Source: Octopus vulgaris (taxonomy: Eukaryota). Taken from it: a stretch of DNA of 64,000 nucleotides. Positions within the stretch are counted from its first letter, which is position 1; the number at the start of each line of letters is the position of its first letter. The notes below the pieces were generated by a model that was given only the letters and a program-made list of their open reading frames with translations, had not been told where the DNA came from and did no database searches. The stretch spans positions 178,994,001 through 179,058,000 of the forward strand of contig OX597815.1 in assembly GCA_951406725.2 (NCBI GenBank). The letters are read 5' to 3'. Made by a program: the position numbers and the translations under genes. Below are positions 26,421-39,797 of the stretch, piece by piece.

Positions 26421-27148
26421 TCTCGTGTGCCGTTTTCAGGAAACCTAACCTAATCCGTTGTTCAAATTAATATAATTTCTCTTCCATTTTCATTGACTTT
26501 AGACATGAAGTGTGCCAAATTTTAAATTTTGTCATATTAATCTGTTTAAACAATTTTATTTTGTTTTGCAATCATTTTTAACTATCTTTCTTTAATTAGT
26601 TTTTTGATATAAACGTTTTAATTTTTTCATATCTTAATATCAGCTAATAGTTGTCTTCGAAATATTTCGATTTGTTTTCGTTGTTTGTGAATCTCAGCAA
26701 TGTCATTTCGTTCTTCTAACCCGTGACTTTTCTCTCCTTGTCTCCATGTTGCCCATGTATTTTGACGACCAGGGGAGGCATGCACATGCAGCACACATAC
26801 ATACAGGCAAACATACATACACACACACACCTATACGTACGGTCCCACCATATATACATATATATATATCACCTGACCGACCAGACTATCGGATGCTGTT
26901 ATTCATCGCTGGTCACAATGCGCTTGGTATTGTTTTAGCTTTCTAAGGATGCTATCATCCCCCCTATCTCGATCGGAAGGCTAGTCCGTGGAAAGGTCAC
27001 TCATTTGCAGCCAAGTGGATCGGAGCAACGTGAAGTGAAGTGTTTTGCCCCCCCCCAAAAAAAAACAACACACCGTTCGGTCCGGGAATCGAACACACGA
27101 CGCAGCAATTGCAAATGCAACACCTTAACCACTTGCTCGGGCACCTTC

Positions 27149-27179
<31 letters not shown>

Positions 27180-27211
27180 TGTGTGTGTGTGTATGTGTGT
27201 GTGTATATGTA

Positions 27212-27242
<31 letters not shown>

Positions 27243-27243
<1 letters not shown>

Positions 27244-27476
27244 GATTTCTTCATTGCCCACAAGGGGCTAAACATAGAGGGGACAAACAAGGACAGACAA
27301 AGGGATTAAGTCGATTATATCGACCCCAGTGCGAAACTGGTACTTTATTTATCGACCCCGAAAGGATGAAAGGCAAAGTCGACCTCGGCGGAATTTGAAC
27401 TCAGAACATAACAATAGACGAAATACCGCTAAGCATTTCACCCGGCGCGCTAACGTGTCTGCCAGCTCGCCGCCTT
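27243..27476 (-). mobile_element. SINE-M monomer, tail A, abutting (TA)n
   Basis: Full head, core and tail. Confidence 0.9.
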
Positions 27477-27729
27477 CCTGTCTGTATATATATTTCTGTA
27501 TGAGTTAGAGGTTAAGAAACCATGTGAGGGATATTCAATATCCAATATACTACTGGATGTGTACCTAATTATTTATAACCAAGTGCTTAGTATTGCATAG
27601 CAATATCGCAATTGAGTATTAGGTATGGGTGGGGGTAAATTGGAAATTTACCCAGGATTTATAAGGCAAATAAGAAAATGGAGAGGATAAACAATTGACA
27701 AACATGAATCAATACTTTGATCTTTTCTG

Positions 27730-27760
<31 letters not shown>

Positions 27761-27764
<4 letters not shown>

Positions 27765-27962
27765 ATCCAAACATGAAAACACAAAGAAAAAACACAACAA
27801 CGCGAGGACGTGGAACCAGTATAGTGTTATTGGACGCTCAGGAAAGGAAAGAAAGAAGGAGGAGGATTTAACGTTTCGAGCGGTGCTCTTCGTCAGAAAC
27901 ATAGAAAAAAGAAAGATCCAAGGAAGAGAGGACGGAGGGAAAAAATTGCCACACACGGTCAC
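27761..27962 (-). mobile_element. Penelope-like terminal fragment with minimal hammerhead (27866-27900), ending at (TA)n
   Basis: GTTT-CTGACGA-A-GAGC ACC GCTC-GAAA-CG-TT^-AAAT; near-identical to 36883-37090. Confidence 0.8.
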
Positions 27963-28382
27963 ACACACACACACATATATATAAATCCAAAAAAAAAGAA
28001 AAGCAAACAAAAAAGAAAAGAAACAACAACGCGAGTACGTTGTATATGTAAAGTATTAGCAGAGAATTATATCTACTTCAATTACTGTTTTCTTATTTGC
28101 CTGTCAGACGGTCAGACGGCCATTTAAAGATGTTTTTGTTAAATATTGTTATTGTTTTTGTTGAATAAAATTTGTTGGAAAAAAAATGAAAAAAGCCGCA
28201 ATAATTATACACCAACCCAATATATAGATAGGTAATGAAAAATTATAGAGGTGAATTCTTTTCAAGAAACAACAGCGTGGGGCTCAATTTATTGAGCGAT
28301 CAAAGTATTAATTTGAAAGAGACATATGTTAATAATACTCCTCATCAAAAGCCGCCGTATATCTAAAAGCAGAGGGCATATA

Positions 28383-28560
28383 TAAGGCGGCGAGCTGGCA
28401 GAAACGTTAACGCGACGGGCGAAATGCGTAGCCGTATTTATCGGGGTCGATAAATAAAGTACCAGTTTCGCACTGGGGTCGATATAATCGACTTAATCCT
28501 TTTGTCTGTCCTTGTTTGTCCCCTCTGTGTTTAACCCCTTGTGGGTAGTAAAGAAATATA
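28383..28560 (+). mobile_element. Internally deleted SINE-M, tail A
   Basis: Head joined directly to TCGGGGTCGATAAA...tail A. Confidence 0.8.
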
Positions 28561-28689
28561 TATATAAGCCATTATAAGCATGCGAGAACATAACATACAA
28601 AAACATATATATACATATAATAGTGTAATTCTGTGCTTACATCAAAGTCGGATAAGTAATTGCATAAATACATACAGATATAAGTCCAA

Positions 28690-29870
28690 GCTGATGAGAA
28701 TAATTCACAATAATCCAGAAGGGAAGTCCTCAATGAATCCAATAAAAAGAAAGAGTCTTACCGTTGTTTCCGTGAATGTGCGAAGTGTGTAGGTAAGGCC
28801 TTTGGAACTTCGGTAATCCACAGTTCCTTCATCAGAGACCATGTACGGATTTGGAATTTTTAAACAAAATCATAAAAGTATTCGTGGGATTGTAAAAAAT
28901 ATGTTTAAGAACATACAGCAATTATATACAAGTATAAACATTTCATGAATTCCGAGATTCCATGTCTGGTCGAATGTTCATAGTGTAGAATTACTGAGAA
29001 AAATTACCCACCTACAAAAAAAAATTAGGAAAAAAAAGCAAAACGACATTTATACGTTTAGCTAGTCCGTGAAATGTGTGCGAATGTAAGCTAAGACGAG
29101 TTCAAAATTTGGTGGGATATGATGATTAAAATGTATAGATTAAATAATTATTATCCTGAGAAAAAATTAAATGTAGAAAAGTACTTATGTCGATATGAGA
29201 TCAAACACTCTGAGATCTTGTTAATCAATAATTTTTTTTTATCCGTTTGAAGCGTGCTAATGGCTTCCTTGATGCATAATTTTCAAACTTTTGCATGAGT
29301 ATTATAGAGTGGATTCAAACATTATAGAGACCATTTAAAATTGTATTTGCTATTACTATTTTTTAATTTATTGATATAAATAACCAGGACCGTTGAATTT
29401 TTAGATCCTTTACTTATAAACGAGTTTAAATGCGCCCTGTACCTGACTTTGAAGTCAGCAGTACTCACTGTATGTATTTTCCTAGGATCCTTTATGGTGT
29501 TTACTTCACATTTATATACGACATTTCCACGTTGACACTGACCGTTTAAAGGACAGGCGTTTCAGGATCGGAAGTTGTATCTTTTATCCCCGGGACACTA
29601 ATTTTCCTTATTATACCCAGCTATACTAGCGTTATTATCAACATTATTTCGCAATTTAAATCTATTATTCGTTGCTATAATGGATCCCAAGTTTGGCGTC
29701 GTAGAATTGGATAATGTCAAAAATGATCTATTGAATATAGGATGGTACTTATGTTCTAAGGAGAAGTTCCTATCAATTAAACTAAAAAAAACCCCACTTT
29801 AGGAAGGTTCCCAATTTGAAGGGAAAATGGAGGGGTAAACCAGATTATATCCCGTTTTGGAGATGTTTTA
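28690..29870 (-). mobile_element. Decayed Penelope-like element, Naiad-type: linker + GIY-YIG endonuclease + 3' region with hammerhead
   Basis: Manual translation: KRDIIWFTPPFS...LIDRNF..HKYHPIFNR...PNLGSII...CPLNGQC..NVVYKCEV...FKVRYRAHLNSF...KNST.L..YI.KLK...FKWS...*KLCIKEA...LINKISECLISYRHK; contains stops and a frameshift. Confidence 0.85.
28754..28840 (-). ncRNA. Hammerhead motif with expanded stem II region
   Basis: GGTCT-CTGATGA-(~58 nt including a GGAAC/GTTCC hairpin)-GAAAC AACG GTA^-AGACT. Confidence 0.6.
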
Positions 29871-30062
29871 TTACTAGGTTGTCTGCTCAGACTTGGGTTC
29901 CCTGCAATCCTATAGTTCAAGTGGCTGCTATTTCTAGTATATCTATACTTGAGCCTGAATTAAGGAGGGTCTGTGTTTAGATATGTGTCAGCTTTGATGA
30001 GGAGTATTATTGACCTTGGAACTTGTCCCTTTCAAATTAATACTTTAATATATACATAGGTA

Positions 30063-30458
30063 TAAGGCGGCGAGCTGGCAGAAACGTTAGCATGCTGGGC
30101 GAAATGTTTAGCGGTATTTCGTCTGTCTTTACGTTCTGTGTTCAAATTCCGCCGAGATTGACTTTGCCTTTCATCCTTTCGGGGTCGATTAAATAAGTAC
30201 CAGTTGCGGACTGGGGTCGATATAATCGACTTAATTCGTTTGTCTGTCCTTGTTTGTCCTCTCTGTGTTTAGCCCCTTGTAGGTAGTAAAGAAATAGGTA
30301 TTTCGCCTGTCTTTACGTTTAAATTACGCCGAGGTTGACTTTACTTTTCATCTTTTCGGGGTCGATAAAATAAGTACCAGTTGCGTACTGGGGTGGATCT
30401 AATCGACTGGCCCCCACTCCCCAAAATTTCGGGCCTTTTGCCTAGAGTAGAAAAGAAT
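30063..30458 (+). mobile_element. SINE-M composite (tail A + tail B)
   Basis: Junction AAAGAAATA|GGTATTTCG at 30296/30297. Confidence 0.9.
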
Positions 30459-30501
30459 ATATACATAGGTGTATATGTATTCACATACACGCGCGCATAT
30501 G

Positions 30502-30556
<55 letters not shown>

Positions 30557-32144
30557 CACACACACACGCACACATTCACACACACACACAAAAACTAATT
30601 ATGTCAGATGTTGAACAGTTTTTTACGTGTCGGAATACAGCGAACTAATAAGAATCGATATTTCAGGAAATTATAATATGATAACTAAGATGAACGAAAC
30701 GATATGAAAAAAATTGTATTGCTCTCGCTGAAATATATTTTCTCAGCGTAGAAAAAGATATCAATTTTTAATTACCCTGATCTCACAAGAATGCCTATCA
30801 TAAAAAGCGACACCTACACACCATGCACCTATACTTACATAGCAGCATTTATTGACTTTGAGACTGAAATTTCATGATTTATGCAATACTGAGGTCTTTA
30901 AATAATTTCGTTATACCAAAAAAAATAAATAAAATTATTTGACTATTGAGATCAATATCTTTAGCATCGCTACACTTCCATTTTCAACGACATAAACTAT
31001 GATTTATTTGAAGGAATTATTTTTGGGCGAATCTCATAAAAAGTGACAAATTGACTAACGTCCATTGGACGAGCGCTATCGACTCTGCACGGATGAGACG
31101 AAAGTCTGCTGAAGATGATGACAATGTGATATTTTGTATTCAAGTTCGAGACAAAACAGCGAAGTCCTTTATTTAGAAACAATAAACCAGCTTCGACTAT
31201 TTGGAAGAATCTGTAATTTGGTAACACAATAGATTATTCACCTAGACATTCCCTTTCTACACACGCGATACATACATTTATGAAGCAAAGATTAAGACTA
31301 CAGCGATTCTAGAGAAAGTTTCGTGGAATTTGCCCCTCTTTAATGCTTTGAATCATAATTTTACTCGATCAGAATTCACGTATGTTATACAACAATAACC
31401 ACCGCATGTATTATCTTGTTTGAACTAAAGGGAATTAACTGCCAAGACCTATCAACGGCTCATATTTACAGTTCAACAGAAGGGACGTTAACAGTCCTTA
31501 CCGCAGACACAGCTTTGTATCGTTGATTCGATACCAAACAACGATTCTTCAGATGATACGCGACGGTACTCTTACATGTAGGTGATTAACATGTCCATCC
31601 ACACACAGATCATCCATCCATGTGTTCATATATACTGGTACCCATAAAAGCTACCGACAGAGCCCCCAAGTGGGTTCCCGACCGAGTCTCTGATATAAAA
31701 ATAGACTGGATAGTCTCTCCAAGAACACGCCGTTAGCATATGTATGTCATTATTCAGTTTATTTCAAGATTTCTTGCCAATAGAGAAAGAATCGGTTTCT
31801 AACCTAGATCCAAGGCAACGTCATTGGGATTTCAACAACAACAGGGTATTTTTGTATGTATGTAAGTATGTATGCATGTATGTGCAGATTTGTATGTTTC
31901 ATGTATGTATTCTCATTTGTTTGTTTGTTTGTATGTATGTATGTATGTATGTATGTATGTATGTATGTATGTATGTATGTATGTATGTATGTATGTATGT
32001 ATGCATGCATGCATGCATGTATGTACGTATGTGCATATTTGTATGTTTTATGTATGTACTCTCATGCATATAGTTACATGTCTAGACATATATTTAAATG
32101 ATAAACTTCTGGAAAGTTTTACAGATTTTTACAGTTTCAGTGAT

Positions 32145-32388
32145 GGATTGTTTTAGCCTTCGAGTGACGCCACCCTGCTGGCTAAGCGAGCAGGCCAACA
32201 GAAGAAAGAGTGTGAGAAAGTTGTGGCGAAATAGTACAGCCGTGATCGCCACCACCCCCTGCCGGAGCATCATGGAGCTTTAGGTGTTTTCGCTCGATAA
32301 ACACTCACAGCGCCCGGTCTGGGAATCGAAACCGCGATCCTACGACCGCGAATCCGCTGTCCTAACCACTGGGCCATTACGCCTCCAC
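32145..32388 (-). mobile_element. SINE family D head with tail variant 3
   Basis: Same tRNA head and body as 40816; diverges after CTCTTTCTTCTGTT into GGCCTGCTCGCTTAGCCAGC... Confidence 0.85.
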
Positions 32389-33397
32389 ATAAAGTATATA
32401 GGAGACAGTTTTATTTTTCATGTTGCTGGCGTCTGTGATTAATCTTTGAATATGTTAATTCTATCAGGCGTTCTCCTCTACAGTGTTAGATCTCTACTTA
32501 ATGATTCTCTCACCGCTACATCAATCGCTGCACTGAAGTCTATGCTTCGTTGAGGATGTTTAATGAGACTCTTGCATCTGTGAAGCTGTCTGCCGTAATT
32601 GCAGAAATAATTAATAATATGTTATTGGTCACTGAGCTAAAATCCATTTTTCCTCATCACTGCATTAAATATGGTAATATTAACTGAACATATATATGAT
32701 GTGTGTGTGTGTGTATTGTGTGATCTTACTCAAATATAGAGCACATCTGATCTATTTCTTTCAGCTTTATCGTAATTAAAAATCTAATGCTCCAAAGCAA
32801 AGTGTGTTATCTAGGAAAGAATACATTATCATTTGCACTTAATTTTATGAAGAATTGAAATTCTAAAACATTTTTCGATATCATTAATTCTCTCGCTGTG
32901 ATTCTTTCCGAGAGAAAGATAAATTCCTTGTGACGTTAACAGAACGGTTCTACGGAGGAACACGTGACATTGATTGCATCTTCAATGATTTGTATCTTTT
33001 CTCCCTCCAGCAAAAAGAACGGTTTTTAACATAATAAGGCTTAACTGTACTTAAATGATATCTGGAAATGTTAGCGTTGGTTACATTGTCGGTTGTTGTT
33101 TAGTTCGAGGTCGGCGTTGATTGATCAGATTAATGGTCAAAAGCTTTCTTGACAGAATCAACCTGTCCTGTCTTTCAAGACATCTTGTGTTTAATACTAC
33201 ATTATCCTCTATTATCTTAAATATCCTCCTTATTACATGTTTAAGTTTATATGCTTAGGGGATTTCACTGCTCTTTCTAACAAGCTGAACAACTACATAG
33301 TACAGCTGTTCCCAAATTTTTACCATCGCAAAAAAAAAAAAATCAATAAATCTCTATGACATATAAAATTTGAATTTCTAAAATATTGTGTTGAGTC

Positions 33398-33775
33398 TCT
33401 CTTTACTCTTTTACTTGTTTCAGTCATTTGACTGCGGCCATGCTGGAGCACTGTCTTTAATCGAGCAACTCGACCCTGGGACTTATTCTTTTGTAAGCCC
33501 AGTATTTATTCTATCGGTCTCTTTTGCCAAACCGCTAGGTAACGGAGACACAAACACACCAGCATCGGTTGTCAAGCAATGCTAGGGGGACAAACACAGA
33601 CACACAAACACACACACGCATATACATACATATATACGACAGGCTTCTTTCAGTTTCCGTCTACCAAATCCACTCACAAGGTTTTAGTATAAGACACTTG
33701 CCCAAGGTGCCATGCAGTGGGACTGAACCCGGAACCATGTGGTTGGTAAACAACCTACTTACCACATAGCCACTC
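33398..33775 (-). mobile_element. SINE family C
   Basis: Match to 62655-63068. Confidence 0.9.
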
Positions 33776-33859
33776 AGTCACCAGTTTTTGTAATATTTTG
33801 GTAACTTATTTGCTTTATTGGTCAAGTTACAACAAAAGCAGTCTAGCATTCAAAGAAGA

Positions 33860-34460
33860 GGTCATCATGTTGCATCGTCTGAAACCATCTTTCTGCCAGT
33901 TCTTTAATACTGATACCAGTTCTTGTCCTTCGAGGCGAAGAAATTCTTCACTAATGTTTCCACCCCTTCTTGGTTGATGAGGCGTCGCGAGCGCAGGAAG
34001 AGATCCATAGCTGGAAACATGTAATAATCCGAGGGAGGTAGGTCCGGACTATATGCTGGGTGCAGTATTAGTTCGATTTCCTCAAGTTCCTAGAGTTTAT
34101 TCCAGGTTGTTCAAGCGGTATGAGGTCTTGCATTCTCTCGTTGCAGAATAGTTTGATTTCTGTTAACCAAAGCCGGCTATTTTTGCAGCACAAAATATTT
34201 CTTGTTCCGATCCATGGCTTCCTTCCTGAACTCATGACGCCACATCTGCCTTTCCGGTTTCTGTTGCTGAAGAGGAGCTAATCACTCTGAAATACATGCA
34301 TCCAACAGTCTGAACAGGTGGCGCTGTGAGCTGATTTGGTGCATTTACATCCATTTGTCCAAAGCGAGAAATTTCCTCCATGACAAAATACAGTGAATAG
34401 CTTTCTAACGGGCTCGAATACACCTCAAGCATGTTTGAACTGTTAACAAGTTTGAACGTA
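33860..34460 (-). mobile_element. Degenerate mariner remnant
   Basis: LLQRENARPHTA and ELILHPAYSPDLPPSDYYMF on the minus strand. Confidence 0.8.
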
Positions 34461-35328
34461 TTATCATTAGTGTTTAATTTTAAGAACCGAAATTCTAAAA
34501 TACTTTCAGTACCGCTAATTCTTTGACTGATTCTGTCTGACAAAAAGATAAATTACTGCCACGCTAAAAGAATTGTTAACGAATTAAACGATAGGTGACA
34601 TTGTATTTTCAATATTTAAAGTAGATTTTGTTTTCTTCCGCTAGAAAAGAAATATGAACGTCTGTTTGTTTTTAACTCAATGAGGTACAACTATAGTCAA
34701 AAGGAGATCTGGAGGAACTTAACTGATGTTAATTCTGGCCGTAGTGCTAGTGTTGTCGTTATGTTATTTATTCGGAGTCGGTCCTGATTGACCAAACCTA
34801 TGATCAATGACAATCTGAACAGGACCAATCCATCTTTTTCCTCCAGACACCTTGTATCTAATACTATAGTTCGATATTATCTGTTATCTTATATTAGGTT
34901 GTCAAGAAAGTTCTTGTGGAATTTTAAATTTTGGTTTTAAATATGTATTTTCAAATTAATTTTCGTTAATTTTTGTTAAATTGCTTTGACTTTTTATATC
35001 ATTTTAAAGCCCGCTTTTAGCTCTGTCTAATCGTGTTACCCATTTTCTTTTTGAAATGACAGTCATGACTTTTCCCGATCTAAGTTGGCTGTTGGGAATT
35101 TCCAGCCCAGTCAGTACGGACGATACTTACTGCCATTGGAATGAGAGGAAAAGAGCGAAGCGACGCTGTACTCAGAGGATCGGAGAGGCAACATAAAGAG
35201 CTTCTTGTCGGTTATGGAGCAAGAAAGGAGTTAAGCTGGAAACCAGGAGAAGATGGTGAGCAGTGATTTGGCAGCCTCTGCTGGAGGGTGTTACGGTTTA
35301 GGAACAAAACACTCGATGATTATCGGAT

Positions 35329-36056
35329 ACTGGCAGAATCGTTAGCACGCCGGGCGAAATGCTTAGCGGTATTTCGTCTGCGTTACGTTGTGAGTTCAAA
35401 TTCCGCCGAGGTCGACTTTGCCTTTCATCTTTTCGGGGTCGATAAATTAAGTACCAGTTACAAACTGGGGTCGATGTAATCGACTTAATACCTATGTCTG
35501 TCCTTGTTTGTTCCCTCTGTGTTTAGCCCCTTGTGGGTAATAAAGAAATAGGTATTTCGTCTGCCTCTGCGTTCAGATTCGGCTGAGGTCGACTTTGCCT
35601 TTCATCCTTTCGGGATCGATAAATTAAGTACCAGTTGAGTACTGGGGTCGATGCAATCGACTTAACCCCTCCCAAATTCCAGGCCTTGTGTCTTTACGTT
35701 CTGTTTTCAAATTCCGCCGAGGTTGACTTTGCCTTTCATCCTTTCGAGGTCGATAAATTAAGTACCAGTTGCGTATTGGGATCGATGTAATCGACTTAAT
35801 CCCTTTGTCTGTCCTTGTTTGTCCCCTCTGTGTGTAGCCCCTTGTGAGCAGTAAAGAAATAAGGAACGTTAGCACGCCTGGCAAAATGCTTAGTAGTATT
35901 TCGTCTGTCTTTATGTTCTGAGTTGAAATTCCGCCGAGGCCGACTTTGCCTTTCATCCTTTCGGGGTCGATAAATTAAGTACCAGCTGAGTACTGGGGTC
36001 GATGCAATCGACTTAACCGCTCCCAAATTCCAGGCCTTGTGCCTATAGTAGAAACG
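35329..36056 (+). mobile_element. SINE-M tetramer (tails A, B-partial, A, B)
   Basis: Four consecutive cores; first junction AAAGAAATA|GGTATTTCG at 35550/35551. Confidence 0.9.
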
Positions 36057-36838
36057 ATTCACACAATGAACGCATATATTATTTCTATTTCATAGTTGAA
36101 AATCTTGTTTTCACATTTTTGAAACTCAGTTTCGCTCCTATTATTTCATTTCGTCTGCATCTCCATCTTTCTTGATTCAATCACCGATAGAATTCCAACG
36201 CACAATTCTGCTTCCAACGCTTTTCTCATTCTATTTTTACTCGTTCTCCAAGAAGCACTAGAAAAATCACATTGTTATCTCTTCTCATCGTAATCAGAAC
36301 TATTGCCTAAAATGTTCTCTCTCTTTTTTTTCCTTTTCATTCATTTTCGAGTAAATTTGGGCGAAGGATAATAGTTGTCCATTTTTCTGTATTTTTCTGT
36401 TAAAACAATTTTTTCAAACAATCTTTCTTGTAATTTTGTTACTAAAGCATCAGGTTTTATTATTGATATTCCTTCACGTTCTTGTGAGATTTCCGACAGC
36501 CCTTAGCTCGACGCTTTATGAAATCCGCCAGTTTGCCTGATTTGCGTAAGTCTTTTTTTTCGTTTAGTTCCGAGAACCCATAATAAGGATGTTGTTGTCC
36601 AAATATATTTTATCTTTTTTACTTTTACTTGTTTGAGGAATTAGCTTGCGGCCATGCTGGGGTACTTATTTATTTAAAGCCTGGTACTTACTCTATCGAT
36701 GTATATAGCCGAACCTCTAAGTTATTGGGACATAAACACACCAACACCAGTTGTCAAGTATTGGTGGGGACAAACATAGAAACAAAGACAAACATAGATA
36801 CATACATACATACATACATACATACATACATACATACA

Positions 36839-36874
<36 letters not shown>

Positions 36875-36882
36875 TTCAAAAT

Positions 36883-37085
36883 GTGACCGCGTGTGTATCG
36901 TTGGCGATTTTTTTCCTCCGTCTTCCCTTCCTTGGATCTTTCCTTTTCCTATGTTTCTGACGAAGAGCTCCGCTCGAAACGTTAAATCCTCCTTCTTTCT
37001 TTCCTTTCCTGAGCGTCCAATAACACTATACTTGTTCCACGTCCTCGCGTTGTTGTGTTTTCTCTTTGTGTTTTCATGTTTAGAT

Positions 37086-37090
<5 letters not shown>
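36883..37090 (+). mobile_element. Penelope-like terminal fragment with minimal hammerhead (36953-36987), ending at (TA)n
   Basis: GTTT-CTGACGA-A-GAGC TCC GCTC-GAAA-CG-TT^-AAAT. Confidence 0.8.
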
Positions 37091-37129
<39 letters not shown>

Positions 37130-37133
<4 letters not shown>

Positions 37134-37531
37134 AATATTAAGAGGAATGACCACTAATAGTGGACAGCCTGTATGCTAGATATAGACGTCAAACTCGTCA
37201 TTTACCACGAAGAATGTGTTCTCAAAAACAAAATTTAGCGAAAACCAAAGTTTAAAAATAAGACAAATGAAAATATACGAAAATAAAAAAAAACATTATT
37301 TTCATTTGTCTTATTTTTAAACTTTCGTTTTCGCTGAATTTTGTTTTTGAGAACACATTCTTCGTGGTAAATGACGAGTTTGACGTCTATATCTAGCATA
37401 CAGGCTGTCCACTATTAGTGGTCATTCCTCTTAATTTTTGTATGTATAAAATTTTTAATCTTCGGATTTTTTAAATAATATGCTAGGCCACTGGTTTTAA
37501 TTGATTAATATCAATTTCTACCCTTATTTAA

Positions 37532-37540
<9 letters not shown>
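37130..37540. repeat. Fold-back palindrome (arms 37130-37275 / 37297-37442, 21-nt spacer) plus ~95-bp tail between (TA)n tracts
   Basis: Near-perfect reverse-complement match of the two arms. Confidence 0.9.
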
Positions 37541-37587
<47 letters not shown>

Positions 37588-38137
37588 ATTAAAGTAAGCA
37601 CATGAATATGAAACAAGGTGGGAAGAAATAGTACTCGAATACCGGAGGTTGAGTTATATGGTTTACCATTAAAGCTGCAAAAACATCACAAAAAAATCTA
37701 TTACTCGGAGTTACGAACGGGAACGTGAAACTCTGAGTAACAGTTTTTTTGTGCACTTGCCCAAGGTGTCACGCAGGGGAACTGGACCCGGAACCATGTG
37801 GTTGGGAAACAAGCGACTTACCACACAGCCACTCCTGCGCCTATATATATATGTTTGTGTGTGTGTGTATGTCTGTGTCTGTGTTTACAACCCCACCATC
37901 ACTTGACAATATAGCGGTTCGGCAAAAGAAACCGATAAAATAAGTACTAGACTTACAAAGAAAAGTCCTGGGATCGATTTGTTCGACTAAAAGGTGGGGC
38001 TCCAGCATGGCCGCAGTCAAGTGATTGAAGCAAATAAAAGAATTAAGAACCTTGTTTTAGTTCCATATTGCACAAGCATGAGAAACGATAAAACCTTTTT
38101 ATGTGCAAGACAAGGGAATTACTCTCAAGAAATTATT

Positions 38138-38803
38138 TTCTAGTCTAGGCACAAGACCCGGAATTTAGCGGGAGGGTGCCAGTCGGTTAGATCGGCGCCA
38201 GTACGCAACTGGTACTTGATATATCGACCCCGAAAGGATGAAAGGCAAAGTCAACCTCAGCGGAATTTGAACTAAGAACGTAAAGACAGACGAAATACCT
38301 ATTTCTTTACTACCCACAAGGGGCTAAACACACAGAGGACAAACAAGGACAGACAAACGGATTAAGTCGATTATATCGACCCAAGTTCGTAACTGGTACT
38401 TATTTAATCGACCCCGAAAGGATGAAAGGCAAAGTCGACCTTGGCGGATTAAGTCAATTATATCGACCCCAGTGCGCAACTGGTACTTAATTTATCGAGC
38501 CTGAAAGGATGAAAGGCAAAGTCGATCTCGGTGGAATTTCAACTCAGAACGTGATGGCAGACGGAATACCTATTTCTTTACTACCCACAAGGGGCTAATC
38601 ACAGAGAGGACAAACAAGGACAGACAAACGGATTAAGTCGATTATATCGACCCAAGTTCGTAACTGGTACTTATTTAATCGACCCCGAAAGGATGAAAGG
38701 CAAAGTCGACCTTGGCGGAATTTGAACTCAGAACGTAGCGGCAGACGAAATACGGCAACGCATTTCGTCCGGTGTGCTAACGTTTCTGCCAGCTCGCCGC
38801 CTT
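38138..38803 (-). mobile_element. SINE-M multimer (four cores)
   Basis: Junctions AAAGAAATA|GGTATT at 38571/38570 and 38300/38299. Confidence 0.9.
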
Positions 38804-39322
38804 ATTACTCTCAAGAAATTGAAGGTGATCACTCGCATTCGAACAGAAATATGGGATCAGGAGTTTGGCACAAAAGTTAAACTAAAATAAAAAAACAAAA
38901 ACAATCGACTATATAAAATGGGATTGAATATTAAAATATTATCAAGAAGGAATTGGGGAGACGGATTGGTGGTAATGATGGTGGCGCCCTGGTATTGCTA
39001 CGAATTTTTTTTTGCGCTGGAAGATGTTAAAAATTATCTATATAAACTGCCGAACCTATGCAGGTGTTCAACCCAACAAGAGTGAGATATTTGATAAAAA
39101 AAGACACACACAGAGTTAGACAATGTCGTATCTCACAAAATGTGAATGTTTTTACGTTGGCGGGTATAAAAAAAAAATGAATGACTGAATAACGACAAAC
39201 AGAAGAAGCGAAAAATTGATTAGTTTTCCAGGTGGTAAAATGCAGCGCACTGAACTGAATTGATATCTCAGGAAATCATAATTTAACTCGTAAATAAATT
39301 AAGACAAGAAAAAAAATGTTTA

Positions 39323-39646
39323 ACTGCTGGTCGAAATAATCTCTCTGCGTGGGAAAACATAGTTACTATGATCACTGAAATATTTTGTTACGGAAAAACC
39401 GACACACAGAATCACTCATAAATTTTTGTTTGTTGAAATTGTTTTCTGCAGCATAATACAGTTCTATATTTAAGAGATGAGGAATTATGTACATTATTTA
39501 CATTATTTACATTTGACGAATATCTGTTCTCATTTTGTTCGTTGTTAACACAATGTTTCGGCTGATATATACTCCAGCATTCATCAGGTGTCTTGGGGAA
39601 TTTCGAAATTGCGTTCTCATTCCTAAGGTATTTTGTTGTTGTTGTT

Positions 39647-39678
<32 letters not shown>

Positions 39679-39715
39679 TGTTGTTGTTGTTGTTGTTGTT
39701 GTTGTTCTTCTTCTT

Positions 39716-39797
<82 letters not shown>

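Noticed and set aside
35250-35305. PBS-like TGGTGAGCAGTG, then GGAGGG|TGTTACGG (miniature LTR element?)
   Set aside because: No second LTR copy or TSD found
35329-36056. Repeated units resembling a CRISPR array
   Set aside because: Units are ~150-200-bp SINE bodies without unique spacers; eukaryotic context, no cas genes
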